Below, one piece after another: positions 63,320 to 64,000 of a stretch of DNA of 64,000 bases. Under the pieces are notes generated by a model, which saw only the letters and a list, made by a program, of their open reading frames with translations, made no database searches and was not told the DNA's origin. How positions within the stretch are numbered: position 1 is the first letter of the stretch; every line of letters begins with the position of its first letter. The position numbers and the translations under genes are program-made. This DNA comes from Eukaryota sp. GEM-RC1 (lineage: Eukaryota): assembly GCA_040285855.1 (NCBI GenBank), contig JAUFOQ010000018.1, positions 248,001-312,000 on the forward strand, given 5' to 3'.

Positions 63320-63760
63320 ACTGTAGCCTGATCCGTTGTTGCTCTTGGTCTTCCTTTCTCCATTGTCGACAAGCTATTGTGGAAGAATATGCTTCTTGAA
63401 TATGCCACTGCTCATCGGGCACGTCAAGTTCCAGCTGATTTTGCTGGACCTACCCGAAAAACACTGACGGAAACATATTTGTCTGAAATTAGGAATTCAA
63501 TAACTGATTTGATTGCTGAAAAATTTGTTCCTTCCATTCTGAAATATAATTGTGGAAGTATTTGTCGACGGTTACAGTACTAAGGGCGATCCACGCCATA
63601 ATATTATCATTATCACTAAACGATTGTATTTTACTGTGGGCTCTGTTCCCCTCGTTGACGGAGCTGCTGATGGAGAGCATGTTCAACCGGTTATAGAATG
63701 GTCTGTTCTGCAAGTGGAAGAATTGATTCTGAAAACAGACTTGGAGACTGATTCTGTCGA
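63320..63760 (+). pseudogene. Probable hAT transposase fragment
   Basis: GLPFSIVD..WKNM..PTRKTL and VFVDGYS resemble the region up to the first catalytic Asp of hAT transposases. It is frameshifted and no TIRs were seen. Confidence 0.5.
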
Positions 63761-64000
63761 TGAAGACGTTGTTGATGATGATGATGAAGAAGTGCCCTCA
63801 CATAGTTCTCCTTAGTATAATGAACAGTTGTTGGGAACAAGTGTTACACGTAGTATTTCTGTATTGTAGCCATCTTTATCTTAGATTAACTTCTCTGTAT
63901 AAAGTAGGTATTCTACCTTCTTCTCATCTGCCGCAGAACCGGCATCAATAGCTATTGGCCGCTTCCCAGACCTCCTTCTCTAACAAGTATCGTAGGTGTC

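Noticed and set aside
63828..63950. Possible further short LTR (TGTTGG..., TATAAA, pyrimidine tract)
   Set aside because: No matching AACA end, TSD or clear PBS could be identified before the window ends.

Overview
This is a eukaryotic, AT-rich window with two halves. It contains 31-nt GT-AG introns, which suggests a protist, though the taxon cannot be determined from the sequence. Bases 1-32239 are a head-to-tail array of 17 complete units plus 1 partial unit of about 1.86 kb. Each unit is an internally deleted chromodomain-bearing Ty3/Gypsy (chromovirus-type) LTR retrotransposon: a single ~84-bp LTR-like segment, a PBS remnant, the 5' part of a gag-like ORF, the 3' part of integrase (GPY/F motif and chromodomain) and a PPT. 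Protease, RT and RNase H are absent. Shared variants show dimer- and trimer-spaced duplications, as in a young satellite. The array ends mid-unit, fused in frame to an Hsp70 pseudogene. Bases 32240-64000 are a deeply nested transposon graveyard: RLE-type (CRE-like) non-LTR elements, several hAT families, pogo/Tc1-mariner elements, a Mutator derivative and two ultra-short solo LTRs (81 and 121 bp). They also hold three broken Hsp70-family genes and one apparently intact RING-pseudokinase-LRR gene. No rRNA, tRNA or CRISPR array was recognised.
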